The notes: a model not told the origin generated them from the sequence alone. A stretch of DNA of 64,000 nt from an uncultured Flavobacteriaceae bacterium (GCA_943840765.1 CALSVD010000001.1:13075-77074), one strand, 5' to 3'; positions 9,052 through 19,609 are shown, numbered from the stretch's first letter. Program-made: numbers and translations.

Positions 9052-10743
9052 TTAAAGTTTATTTTTTTTAAGCTCATTGACGGCATGATCAACAGCTCTA
9101 ACAGTTATTGCCATGTATGTCAAAGATGGATTAACATTTCCTGAGGAAGTCATACAAGATCCATCTGTTATAAATACATTTTTAACTGAATGGATTTGGT
9201 TAAAAGCATTTAGAACAGAGGTTTTAGGGTCCCTACCCATTCTTGCTGTCCCCATTTCATGAATACCTAAACCTAACCCATATGAACTTTCATAAGGTTT
9301 TACATTTTTAAACCCGGCTTTATCCAACATTTCCATTGCTTGAAGTTGCATATCCTTTCTCATATTTAATTCATTTTCTCTAAGTTGAGCATCAAAAGTT
9401 ACAGTGGGAAGTCCCCATTTATCAGTTTTTTCATAATTAAGAAAAATTTTATTTTCATGATAAGGTAAAACCTCACCAAAACCGTTTAAACCCATATTCC
9501 ATTTGCCTGGTTTTATAACTGCTTGCTTTAATTTTTCTCCATAGGATGCTTCTTTAACATACTCTTTCCAATCTGTTCTACTTGCACCACCTTGATATCC
9601 ATATCCTCTTAAAAAATCTTTACTTTTCGTATTTCCTCCTATGTTTTGAAATCTAGGAATATAAATACCATTGGGTCTTCTTCCAGTGTAATATTTATCC
9701 TCAAAACCATCATAACTAGCATCTGCTCCAATTTGAAAATGATGGTCCATTATATTATGTCCAAGCTCACCCGAATCATTTCCTAAACCATTTGGAAACC
9801 TGTTGGATTTTGATTGCATTAAAATTGAGGTGGTTGGTACTGTGGAGGCACACATGAAAATAATTTTTGATTTAAATTCATAAGTTAAATTAGTCTCAGA
9901 GTCAATTATTTTAACACCTGTTGCTTTTTTCTTTGACTCATCATAAATTATTTCATAAACAATTGAATTAGGTCTCAAAGTCATATTTCCAGTTGCTTCA
10001 GCCGCTGGAAGTGTCGAAGAATTACTACTAAAGTAAGCACCATAAGGACACCCTCTTCTACATCTATTTCTGTATTGACAATTTACTCTTCCTAAACCTG
10101 GTTTTGTACCCTCAGTTATGTGTGCAACTCTTCCAATTGTCATGTGTCTATTTGAATATTTTTCTGAAATCGACTTTTGCAAAACTTTTTCAACACAATT
10201 TAATTCCATTGGTTTAAGAAGTTTTTGATCTGGAAATTGATTTAAATTCAAATTTTCTCCACTAACTCCAATATAATTTTCTACATAATCATACCAGGGT
10301 GCTAAATCATTATATCTTATGGGCCAATCAACACCATAACCATCATTTTTGTTAGCTAAAAAATCAAAAGGGGTTAATCTGTAACTTTGTCTAGCCCAAA
10401 GTAAGGATCTTCCTCCAACATGATATCCTCTAATCCAGTCAAACCTTTTATTTTCATTGTAAGGATGTTCAATATCATCAACAAAAAAATCTTTAGTTGA
10501 TTCCGTATTTACATAACCTGTTCTACTTTGTTTGGGTTGTCTTTTTTCTATTTCTTGTGTTATAACATCACCTGCAGGAAATTCCCAATCTTCTTTATTT
10601 GCTGTTTTATAATCCTCAATATGTTTAATCATCCTTCCTCTTTCCAAGACAAGAGTTTTTAGTCCTTTTTCACACAATTCTTTAGCAGCCCATCCCCCAC
10701 TTATTCCAGTTCCAATAACAATGGCATCGTAATTCATTTCCAT
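9052..10743 (-). CDS. GMC-family FAD oxidoreductase (catalytic subunit, no signal peptide)
   Basis: 563 aa. FAD fold YDAIVIGTGISGGWAAKELCEKGLKTLVLERG. C-terminal GMC region HEMGTARMG...NVFITDGS. Confidence 0.85.
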   Translation of the reverse strand: MEMNYDAIVIGTGISGGWAAKELCEKGLKTLVLERGRMIKHIEDYKTANKEDWEFPAGDVITQEIEKRQPKQSRTGYVNTESTKDFFVDDIEHPYNENKRFDWIRGYHVGGRSLLWARQSYRLTPFDFLANKNDGYGVDWPIRYNDLAPWYDYVENYIGVSGENLNLNQFPDQKLLKPMELNCVEKVLQKSISEKYSNRHMTIGRVAHITEGTKPGLGRVNCQYRNRCRRGCPYGAYFSSNSSTLPAAEATGNMTLRPNSIVYEIIYDESKKKATGVKIIDSETNLTYEFKSKIIFMCASTVPTTSILMQSKSNRFPNGLGNDSGELGHNIMDHHFQIGADASYDGFEDKYYTGRRPNGIYIPRFQNIGGNTKSKDFLRGYGYQGGASRTDWKEYVKEASYGEKLKQAVIKPGKWNMGLNGFGEVLPYHENKIFLNYEKTDKWGLPTVTFDAQLRENELNMRKDMQLQAMEMLDKAGFKNVKPYESSYGLGLGIHEMGTARMGRDPKTSVLNAFNQIHSVKNVFITDGSCMTSSGNVNPSLTYMAITVRAVDHAVNELKKNKL

Positions 10744-10758
10744 AAATAATCGTCTGGT

Positions 10759-12641
10759 TTATTGCTTAACAATTGGTAATGTTATACTTGAGGGATATTT
10801 TCTTGAATGATGAATAACGTTGTTCGCAATAATACTTTTAGATTCATCATAATTATTTCCACCAGTATTTAGATTTCTGGCAAATCTTGGAAAATTGCTG
10901 CTAGATACTTCTATTCTAATCCTATGATTTTTCTTAAAATAATTACTTGTTGACATTTGAGATAAATTGACTTTATAAACATTTCCCTCTTCCATAAAAA
11001 CTTCCTTATCGTAGCCTTCTCTAAATCTTACTCTTTGAATAGTTTCATCAATATTATAAGCTGTTCCATCTGGGTAGACATCAATGAGTTTGATTGTTAT
11101 ATCAGTATCTTTAACATCAGAAGAAATATAAATTGAGGAATTAATAAAGCCAGTTACTTCAAACCCATCTTTTAGAGGATCTGAAGTGTAAACGAGTACG
11201 TCATCTCTTGTTTCAATTTCTTGTTGATCAAATGCACCTCCCTTTACAGCATTACCCATACAACAAACTCCACCGCCGTTTGATGTAACGGGGTCTAACG
11301 GATTATAAATAAAACTATCGGGCTTATCATTAATTTTTCTTTTCAGGGTAGTTAGTTTACCATCTCCATACAACGTATTAGCATTTCCATCACTACTTAA
11401 ATAAAATGGAATCATCTCTATATTTTCTGGGGGCCAAACTTCTGAGTTTTGCCATTTATTAGAACCCATTGTATAATACTGAACTCTTGGTGTTTTTTCT
11501 TTAAAATCGTTCTTTTTTTCTTTTAGCATTAAATCAAACCAATCGTAAACCTGCTCGTCGTAATTTAATCTTGCATCACCTACACTTCTTTCTCCAACTA
11601 TTGTATTTTCAGTTGCTCTTGTAAACCGCAATGCAACGTTGGAGCTATTATCAAATACTGATTGTCATTTACATATTGATTTACTGAGTTTTCTCTAACA
11701 TGATTAAATAAAGCAATATTTGGAGTAGTTGCAACGTCATACCAAGAAACAAACCAAAAACTAGGCACGCCAAAATCCATATTGTCGTGATATAAGCCAC
11801 CCTCATACCATGCTTTATCATTTGGTTTTCTTCTTATCATTTTATCAAATATTTCTTTCTTTCCACCAACATTTTTTAAGAGGTCTTGTAACGGAAGGTG
11901 TTTAATTTTTTCAGCCCAATCAACAGGTGGGTTTTCAGGAGCTAAATCATAAAATCTTGAAATTCTGATTAAGTCTTCTTGAGACGCACCTGCAGGAATT
12001 CTTGGCTTAAACTCATCATGCTCCACACCATACAACCATGTTCCGAATAACAATTGTTCTACACCTCCCCTATACCAATTTCCTTGTTCAAAAAAATCTC
12101 CAATCCTTCCAACTCCTGCTCCAAATCCCTGAGGAACCATTGCAGCATGAGAAGGATGATCTAAAGCTGCAACAGCCATTTGCCATTCAGCTGTGGAAGA
12201 GCACCCTAGTGTACCTATTTTACCATTTGACCAAGTCTGTTCACTCATCCAAGAAAATGCATCATATCCATCTGTCAGTGGCATACCTAAAATATCCCAT
12301 TCGCCTTCACTAAAATATCTTCCCCTCTCATTTTGTACAACATAAGCATATCCTCTTTTTAAAGCCTCATAGGCTCTTTGATGAGTACGGTTTTTTTCTT
12401 CGCCATCTCCCCATGAGTTAAAGTTATATGGGGTTCTTGAGAAAATAATTGGAACTTTCTCATCAGTTTTGGGCCTGTATATATCAGTAGCCAATCTTAT
12501 TCCATCTCGCATTGGCATCATTACTTTTTGTTCAAGAGTAGCTATTTCATTTATTTTTTTTAAAATATCATCTTGAGAATTTGAAGTTTGAGAGGTAAAA
12601 AGTAAAACAATTAAAATGAAAATATTATAAAGATTCTTCAT
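10759..12641 (-). pseudogene. CocE/NonD (X-Pro dipeptidyl-peptidase S15) family hydrolase, split by one frameshift
   Basis: ORFs 11598..12641 (signal peptide plus alpha/beta-hydrolase part) and 10759..11631 (PepX_C-type part, [22 protein letters not shown]). The junction reads LHCG|FTRATENT if one T is added to the run at about 11624. Confidence 0.75.
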
Positions 12642-12681
12642 ATATTAAAATTATTAATTAAGTTATTAAAACAGATTTGTT

Positions 12682-13035
12682 ATGCACAAAATGATTCCTG
12701 AAATACTAGAATTTTTTTCAGCTATTTCATTCATTATTTACGGAATCCTTTCCTTTACATCTAATATAATGAAATCTGAATTTAAAAGATGGGGAATTTC
12801 AAAATTTAGGTTGATAGTTGGTTATGCTCAGTTAATTGGTGGCTTTGGTCTTATTTTAGGATACTATTTTCCAATAATGACTCTTTTATCTTCTTTTGGT
12901 TTGGCAGTTTTAATGCTTTTAGGTTTTACTCTCAGATTAATAGTTAAAGATGGGATAATTAAATCAACACCTGCATTATTATACTTAATAATTAACCTGG
13001 TAATTTTATGTAATAACTTAAATCTAGTTCTTTGA
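12682..13035 (+). CDS. DoxX-like small integral membrane protein
   Basis: 117 aa with 4 hydrophobic helices. 4-nt overlap with the next gene. Confidence 0.45.
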   Translation: MHKMIPEILEFFSAISFIIYGILSFTSNIMKSEFKRWGISKFRLIVGYAQLIGGFGLILGYYFPIMTLLSSFGLAVLMLLGFTLRLIVKDGIIKSTPALLYLIINLVILCNNLNLVL

Positions 13036-14402
13036 AAAAAACAATAGTCATTGCAGGTGCAACTGGGTTTATCGGAAAATGGTTTATTGAAAAATATAAA
13101 GAAGAATTTAATATTATAGCGTTAAGTAGGAGCAAAATAAAACATTCAAATAATGATCAAGTGCAGTGGAAACAAGTTGATCTTTATTCAATTTCAAGTA
13201 CTACTAATGCATTAAATGGAGCAGATATTGGAATATATTTAGTTCACTCAATGATGCCATCAACAAGATTAAATCAAGGGGATTTTGAAGATACCGACAT
13301 TCTGCTTGCAGATAATTTTTCTAGAGCTGCTCAAGATTGTAAACTAAAACAAATAATTTATGTCGGAGGAATTCTTCCAAAAGATGATCAAAGTATTTCT
13401 AAACATCTGAAGTCTAGATATGAAGTTGAAAAAATTTTAGGATCACGAAAAACGCCTTTAACTTCTGTTCGTGCTGGAATAATTATTGGCCCAAGTGGTT
13501 CATCATTTAGAATTGTTCAACAGTTAGTAAAAAACCTTCCTTTGATGGCCTGTCCAGAATGGACCAAATCTCTCAATCAACCCATTGATATTTTAAATGC
13601 ACTTGAAATAATAAGATGGTGTGTTGACAATAAGTCAACATTTAATAAACCATTAGAAATTGGAGGGAATCAAATAATAACCTACATGGATTTATTAAAG
13701 ATAACAGCTAAAAAAATGAATAAGAAAAGATTAATTTTTTCATTGTCCTTCATTACAATTGGTTTATCTAAATTATGGGTTAGTTTGATAACAGGAACTA
13801 GTAAATTTTTAGTTTCTCCATTGGTGGAAAGCTTAAAACATAAGATGACACTAAATCCAGAAAATATGGTTAATCTTCCTATTAATTATATTTCAGTTGA
13901 AGATAGTGTAGAAAAAGCATTATATCCTAAAGACAAGGTCCCAACAAACCCAGAATTTTATCCGAGAAAAATCAAAGAAAATACAGTTAGAAGTGTTCAA
14001 AGAATTGCAAACCCAAGTAATAGAACTACGGATTTTATTGCAAGAATTTATCCTATTTGGTTAACTAAAAGATTTGCTGATTTAATAAAGGCAAACTATG
14101 ATGGAAAATTTATAAAATTTAGTTTTTTCAGCTTACTTCTTCTTGAACTAAAAGTCATCAAATCAAGAAGTGATGATAATCGAAAGTTATTCTACATTAC
14201 TGGAGGATGGTTAGTTAAAAGAACTTCACTTGGATGGTTAGAGTTTAGATCTGTACTAAATAATGAGTATATGATTGCTGGGATTCATGAGTATGTACCC
14301 AGTTTACCATGGTATATTTATAAATATACTCAAGCTAAATTACATTTAATAGTAATGAAAAGATTTGAAAAGTTTCTATTTGGTGTGCCTAAAAAATACT
14401 AA
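13032..14402 (+). CDS. NAD(P)-binding (NmrA/epimerase-like) protein with C-terminal DUF2867-like domain
   Basis: 456 aa with a TTG start. Rossmann motif VIAGATGFIGKW. The C-terminal half is of unknown function. Confidence 0.6.
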   Translation: MKKTIVIAGATGFIGKWFIEKYKEEFNIIALSRSKIKHSNNDQVQWKQVDLYSISSTTNALNGADIGIYLVHSMMPSTRLNQGDFEDTDILLADNFSRAAQDCKLKQIIYVGGILPKDDQSISKHLKSRYEVEKILGSRKTPLTSVRAGIIIGPSGSSFRIVQQLVKNLPLMACPEWTKSLNQPIDILNALEIIRWCVDNKSTFNKPLEIGGNQIITYMDLLKITAKKMNKKRLIFSLSFITIGLSKLWVSLITGTSKFLVSPLVESLKHKMTLNPENMVNLPINYISVEDSVEKALYPKDKVPTNPEFYPRKIKENTVRSVQRIANPSNRTTDFIARIYPIWLTKRFADLIKANYDGKFIKFSFFSLLLLELKVIKSRSDDNRKLFYITGGWLVKRTSLGWLEFRSVLNNEYMIAGIHEYVPSLPWYIYKYTQAKLHLIVMKRFEKFLFGVPKKY

Positions 14403-15745
14403 TTAAAGTCAATATCCCAACCCTTTTCATATTCTCTAGACCAAAATTTCTTTTTGATCTTTTTATCTAAAACATTTCCATTTTTAGGATCTATTTTAAA
14501 TGACTTTCCAGATCTGTGGGCTAAATTAGCATAATGAACCATGCTCTGACTGATTACTGCATCATCTATTGGAGAATTTAATTCAGCTGACTCTCTTATT
14601 GATTTGAAAAAATTTCTAAAGTGCTTTGTAGTCATATTACCCCCGCCTCCTAATTCAGTACTTGATTCCTTATCAGTTGAAACACTATTTTTAATTTCTT
14701 TACCATTTAAGTCATAAACTGAAAAGCCGTTTCTATTAATAAAAGCAGAACCATTTGTACCATATACTACAGTACCTCTACCTCCCATCATTTTTTTATA
14801 ATAAGAATTTCTACTATGACAATTCCAATCTATTTTTAGATTATTTGGAAATTCAAATTTTGCTTCCATTGTATCGTACATAGTCCATCCATCATCTAAA
14901 AAATGGTTTTTGCCAGAATAAACATCAACTTTCTCAGGATAATGAACATTTAGAGCCCATCTAGCTATATCAAGCTCATGAGTAGCATTATTACCAGCTT
15001 CTCCAGTACCAAAATCCCATCCATACCATCTCCAATTATAATCCCAGGTATCATAAGTATATGGTTTTCTTTTGGAAGGACCCTGAAACAGTGCCCAATC
15101 CAAACCCTTTGGGACTTCAGATATTACTTGATTTGGAACTCTTGGTCGATTATTATTATAGAAAGCTTCTGCTTTAACTAAATCTCCAATAATTCCATTT
15201 CTAAGCAATTTAATACACTGTAAAGTTTCATATGAAGATCTTTGTTGATTTCCCATTTGAACAGATCTGTTGTAGTATTTCTGAAAATTAACAAGTAATT
15301 CGCTCTCCATTAAATTATGACTACATGGTTTCTCTAAATAAATATGCTTACCTGCTTCCATTCCCTTACATGCGGCGTAAGTATGCCAGTGATCTGGTGT
15401 AGCTATTATTAAAGCATCAACATCTTTGTCATCAATAATTTTATGAATATTTTTTTCTGTATTGGTTTTCTTACTTGTAAGGTTAAAATATCTTTTGTTA
15501 GCCTTATCAATTTGTTGATCCATTACATCACAAAAATATTTTATTTCAACATTTTTCATTTCTAAAGAAGAGTTTAATAAACCTGGAAATCTTCTTCCAA
15601 GTCCTTGAAATGCTAAAGTAATTCTGTCGTTAGATCCAATTATCCTTGAATAACTTTTTGCTGAAGACTTATGAAATGGGGATAATATTGATGCTCCAAC
15701 AATACCCATTGTTGATTTTTTAATAAAAGTTCTTCTGTTTTTCAT
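14399..15745 (-). CDS. Gfo/Idh/MocA-family oxidoreductase with twin-arginine signal
   Basis: 448 aa. Tat motif NRRTFIKKSTMGIVGASIL and an N-terminal NAD-binding fold. EKP motif (YLEKPCSHN). Confidence 0.85.
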   Translation of the reverse strand: MKNRRTFIKKSTMGIVGASILSPFHKSSAKSYSRIIGSNDRITLAFQGLGRRFPGLLNSSLEMKNVEIKYFCDVMDQQIDKANKRYFNLTSKKTNTEKNIHKIIDDKDVDALIIATPDHWHTYAACKGMEAGKHIYLEKPCSHNLMESELLVNFQKYYNRSVQMGNQQRSSYETLQCIKLLRNGIIGDLVKAEAFYNNNRPRVPNQVISEVPKGLDWALFQGPSKRKPYTYDTWDYNWRWYGWDFGTGEAGNNATHELDIARWALNVHYPEKVDVYSGKNHFLDDGWTMYDTMEAKFEFPNNLKIDWNCHSRNSYYKKMMGGRGTVVYGTNGSAFINRNGFSVYDLNGKEIKNSVSTDKESSTELGGGGNMTTKHFRNFFKSIRESAELNSPIDDAVISQSMVHYANLAHRSGKSFKIDPKNGNVLDKKIKKKFWSREYEKGWDIDFN

Positions 15746-15754
15746 AATTAAATT

Positions 15755-17179
15755 TTAAAATTCTCTTATTTTGATATTTTTAAAGGACACTTCATCCCCA
15801 TGGTCTTGCAAAAGAATATGACCAGTTTTTGATTGACCAAAATTTTTCCATTTCGAATATTTACTATACTCTACTAATGCCTTAAAAACTTGTGAAAACC
15901 TGTCATACTCAAGTAATTTGATATTGTCTAACCAATGTTCAACATGACCATTATTTACTATTATTCTTGCTCTGTGCCAGGTCTCAGGATAAACTGGGCG
16001 TTTAGACCTTTCTTCATTTAAATTTTCAGCTTCAATTAAATCATATAAAGAACCAACTGTTCTATTTTTTTTAAATCCTTCTTTATGAAAATTCCATTCT
16101 CCATTAGATTGCTCTAAAACTTTAAATTTTTTATTTGCATCGGGGTGATTTCTATCATCTAAAATCTGATATTCTAATCCAATTGAGGAACCATTTCCTT
16201 TATTTAAATCAGGATCAACAAAATATTTAATTCCACTATTTGCTCCTTTGGAAATCTTAAAATCAAGTTCTAATTCAAAGTTTGAGAATTTCTTTATTGT
16301 TATAATATCTCCTCCATTTGAAGACTCTGATCCATCAGATGCTAAAACTTTTAAAATATTGTTTTCTATAGCCCATCCCTTTTGAGGAAAAGTTTTAGTA
16401 TTAGCACCCCTCCATCCAGTTGATGTTTTACCATCCCAAAGAAATCTCCATTTATTTTTAATTTGATTTTCACTTAAAATATTATCTAAATTGTTAATTT
16501 CAGTTGCATAATCAGAAGAATCAGAAATATGTTTAGAAATGTTTTTTGTTAAAATTCTTATATTTTTCCACATAACTTTTTTACCAACTAGTGACTGTTC
16601 AGCAATATTATGTATTTGAAGAGCTATAAAACCATTCGCAGACATAGGGTCTAATAGATTGGCACATTGAACTCCATTTATCCAGGTTTTAATAGAATTA
16701 CCATTTGCTTCTATTCTAGCCTCATTCCACTGACCATTTTTAAATGCTTTTCTTCCTTTTTCATTTCTAGTAATTGGGTACAAAAAAAAGTTTTTTCTAG
16801 ATTGATCATAAATACCGCCGGACCAGCCTCTTTTTAAATTTGTATCCAATTCAAATTGATATCCATAAACTCTACTGTGTTCAGGAACATTATTATTTAC
16901 TGCGCTTCTAAACTGAACTCCGGAGTTTAATCCTTCGTCCACAAAAACCTCAAACTCAAGAATAAAATCAGAGTACTCCTTTTTTGTTCCTAAATACGTA
17001 CTTGGTGTATTTAAAATTGAGGTGGCAGAAATTATTCCATTTTTTAATTCAAATTCAGCTGAGCCCTGCTTGATTTCCCAATTATTTAGATTATCATCAT
17101 TAATTAAGTTAGTCCAATTTTCCTGAGCAAATAAATTTGAGGTTATAAATAATAAGATTAAAATTTTAAGAAGTCGCAT
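15755..17179 (-). CDS. secreted protein with two DUF1080 (3-keto-disaccharide hydrolase family) domains
   Basis: 474 aa with a signal peptide. Two repeats each end in the DUF1080-type motif (KNIRI: VMWKNIRIL and VSFKNIKIREF). Confidence 0.7.
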   Translation of the reverse strand: MRLLKILILLFITSNLFAQENWTNLINDDNLNNWEIKQGSAEFELKNGIISATSILNTPSTYLGTKKEYSDFILEFEVFVDEGLNSGVQFRSAVNNNVPEHSRVYGYQFELDTNLKRGWSGGIYDQSRKNFFLYPITRNEKGRKAFKNGQWNEARIEANGNSIKTWINGVQCANLLDPMSANGFIALQIHNIAEQSLVGKKVMWKNIRILTKNISKHISDSSDYATEINNLDNILSENQIKNKWRFLWDGKTSTGWRGANTKTFPQKGWAIENNILKVLASDGSESSNGGDIITIKKFSNFELELDFKISKGANSGIKYFVDPDLNKGNGSSIGLEYQILDDRNHPDANKKFKVLEQSNGEWNFHKEGFKKNRTVGSLYDLIEAENLNEERSKRPVYPETWHRARIIVNNGHVEHWLDNIKLLEYDRFSQVFKALVEYSKYSKWKNFGQSKTGHILLQDHGDEVSFKNIKIREF

Positions 17180-17525
17180 TGCTAAATTTAATTAAATAGT
17201 GATTTTTATTAAAAATGATAATAAATGAAATCAAACTACTTAAAATAAAGTAAGCTATTATCAATGAAAATTCAGTCGGATAATTAACAAATAAGGAATA
17301 GTCATTTATTGAATATAAAATAAGGATTGTAGAAATAGATCTTATAACTTCAAAAAATGGAGCCCAAGACTGTAAATCTAAAAGTGAAGTAAATCCAAAA
17401 ACTGAAATAAATATTATTAATCCAAAAATCAAACGTAAATCAGTTTCTATAATTGAAATATTACTTAAAAAGAAATAGAGTAAAAAATTGATAGATATAA
17501 AATGAAAAATAGCTGTAAACTTCAT
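17166..17525 (-). CDS. hypothetical multi-pass membrane protein
   Basis: 119-aa hydrophobic ORF. No recognisable motif. Confidence 0.35.
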   Translation of the reverse strand: MKFTAIFHFISINFLLYFFLSNISIIETDLRLIFGLIIFISVFGFTSLLDLQSWAPFFEVIRSISTILILYSINDYSLFVNYPTEFSLIIAYFILSSLISFIIIFNKNHYLIKFSNATS

Positions 17526-17544
17526 GAAATTCGAATAGTTAGGA

Positions 17545-18496
17545 CTATATTTTTCTCTGATTGTTATGATCTGTTATAATATTTCTTGGAAATTTTTCAA
17601 CAACATCATTTGGTCTCCACCCAGTAGGCATAAACCATATTCTTAGTTTGTCTTTAAAGCTTGATGTATTGTAAGCATCTTGAATAACATTAAAAGCATG
17701 TTGGAAATTAATTAATAAAGGGTTCCAGGTGTTAACAGGCTTTAAGAACACCATAAACAGGTGGTTCTTCATCTAATTCCTCTTGAAAAGTCCCAAAAGC
17801 TCTATCCCAAATACAAAAGATGGCTGAAAGATTTTTATCAATGTAGATTGGATTAATTGCATGATGTACTCGATGCTGAGATGGCGTAACTATTATGTAT
17901 TCTAAAAAACCTAGTTTTCCAATATGTTGAGTATGGTACCAAAACTGGGCAAATAAATGAATTGGGGCAAGCAAAGTTATTAGTTGAGCAGGAACTCCAA
18001 AAAAAGCGGCAGGAATTAAAAAAAATGCTCCAAAACCAATCCAAGCAGATATACTTTGCCTTAAAGCACAAGCTAAATTAAATTCTTCACTACTATGGTG
18101 AATGACGTGTCTATTCCAAAATATATTTACTTTATGATTAAGTCTATGATTCCAGTAGCTTGCAAAATCAATACAAATAAAAGCTACAACATATAACATA
18201 ACACTTGATTCTAAATTAAAAACAGCAATGGTGTCTAGAATATATGGATACGATAAAATAACTAAAACTAAACCTAAAGAATCCTTTAAAACATTTGTAA
18301 TTCCTGAGCTTAGACTAGATAATGTATCCATAAAAGAATACGTTTGTTTGTTAGTAAAATGACCGTAAAGAGCTTCAATAGTCATTAAAACCATAAAACC
18401 AGGAACTACCCATAACAGTATTGAAGCATAAGTATTCATGTTATCATGATTTACATTGAATTTTTGTACAAACAATAAGACTGAGAGTAAATTCAT
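17545..18496 (-). pseudogene. fatty acid hydroxylase/sterol desaturase family membrane enzyme, one frameshift
   Basis: His boxes HRLNH, HVIHH, HRVHH in ORF 17732..18496. The C-terminal part is in ORF 17545..17772. The junction YGVLK|PVNTWNP needs removal of one base near 17740 (non-homopolymer). Confidence 0.75.
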
Positions 18497-18549
18497 TTTT
18501 TTAAAATAAATAAAAACTATCTATGTTCATAAATTTAAACATATTTTTT

Positions 18550-18557
18550 TACATTTG
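18550..18557 (+). promoter_or_regulatory. Bacteroidetes-type -7 promoter box TACATTTG upstream of tRNA-Arg
   Basis: Matches TAnnTTTG, 14 nt before the tRNA 5' end. Confidence 0.4.
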
Positions 18558-18571
18558 CATTCGTCAAAAAA

Positions 18572-18645
18572 GGTCGCGTAGCTCAGCTGGATAGAGCATC
18601 TGCCTTCTAAGCAGACGGTCAGAGGTTCGAATCCTCTCGCGATCA
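18572..18645 (+). tRNA. tRNA-Arg (anticodon TCT)
   Basis: Cloverleaf read by hand: acceptor GGTCGCG/CGCGATC, D arm GCTC..GAGC, anticodon arm TCTGC-CTTCTAA-GCAGA, T arm AGAGG-TTCGAAT-CCTCT. No encoded CCA. Confidence 0.95.
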
Positions 18646-18652
18646 CTTTAAA

Positions 18653-18682
18653 CCTTACCTTATTTCGGTGAGGGTTTTTTTT
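18653..18682 (+). terminator. intrinsic terminator after tRNA-Arg
   Basis: 7-bp stem CCTTACC/GGTGAGG, 7-nt loop, followed by a T8 run. Confidence 0.8.
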
Positions 18683-18693
18683 ATATTTATATA

Positions 18694-19151
18694 ATGTATT
18701 TGGATTCAAATAACATTGAAAAATATTTAAAAAGACTAGATAAAAACAGCTCTCCAAAATGGGGAACTTTAGAACCCTAGTCAAATGCTATTTCACTGTA
18801 ATTCATTTATTGAAGTTTCTTTGGGAAGAAAAAAATTAAATTTTATTACTAAGATTATCTCAAGGTTATTTTTTAGATACTTCTTCTTAAAATATTTGAA
18901 TTATATAGATTTTAATATTAATAAATTCAAAAGAAATTCAGCAACACTTCCAATTTTTAAAACTTTTCCTAAATCTATTGATTTTGATAATGAAAAAAAC
19001 AGATTAATTAATATTTATAAAAAAGTTGAAGAAATAAATACTGAAAAAGTATTCCATCAAATGTATGGACAAATTCCTTCTTTAGTTATTAAAAAAATTA
19101 GTCCGCTTTCATACCTCCTATCATTTAAATCAATTTGGTCTTTTTTCTTAA
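18694..19151 (+). pseudogene. DUF1569/DinB-like protein, two frame breaks
   Basis: MYLDSNNIEKYLKRLDKNSSPKWGTLEP stops at TAG 18778..18780, created by an extra T. The body is ORF 18785... The family-typical C-terminus HTSYHLNQFGLFS* is in another frame, reachable through the A7 run at 19091..19097. Confidence 0.55.
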
Positions 19152-19155
19152 AAAA

Positions 19156-19213
19156 GTAAAGTAAACATTACATAATTAAAATATTTTCATATATTTGTAA
19201 AGTAAACATTACA
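19156..19213 (+). promoter_or_regulatory. two perfect 17-nt direct repeats GTAAAGTAAACATTACA flanking/overlapping a TATATTTG -7 box (putative operator pair)
   Basis: Copies at 19156..19172 and 19197..19213 (41 nt start to start). Each contains the dyad GTAA-ACA-TTAC. The -7 box at 19190..19197 shares its G with copy 2. ATG of the operon is at 19224. Confidence 0.55.
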
Positions 19214-19223
19214 AAATATAATT

Positions 19224-19609
19224 ATGAAAGAACAAAAAAAACAAACCAAGGTTATGCTAGGATGGACATTAGCATGGGTTGTAAGTTTAGCCTTTTTAAC
19301 AGGTGCAGAAAACACATTATGGAATGATTTAATATTTACAAAATAGGATTATTAATAAATTTAGCTATTGGAATTGGTATGATACTAGCTAATAAAAATT
19401 TGTTTAAGACTTATGACGAGTTGCAAAAGAAAATCCAATTTGAAGCAATGGCTATCACATTAGGATTAGCTGTGGTTGTTGGTCTCACATATGAAGTTTC
19501 TTTTGATTTTGGAGTTATTGACAAGGAACCCGAGTTTGAATATTTAATGTTATTTATATCTTTTTCTTATATAGCTTCTAATATTATTAATGCAAGAAAA
19601 TACAGATGA
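19224..19609 (+). pseudogene. small membrane protein, first gene of the XRE operon, one frameshift
   Basis: A 40-codon frame from ATG 19224 stops at TAG 19344. The remainder (IGLLINLAIGIGMILANK...) is in the +2 frame, open from 19328. ATGA overlap with the XRE gene. Confidence 0.5.

Noticed and set aside
18527-18784. 85-aa minus-strand ORF
   Set aside because: It runs antisense straight through tRNA-Arg and its terminator. GC-rich tRNA sequence creates the open frame, so it is not a gene.
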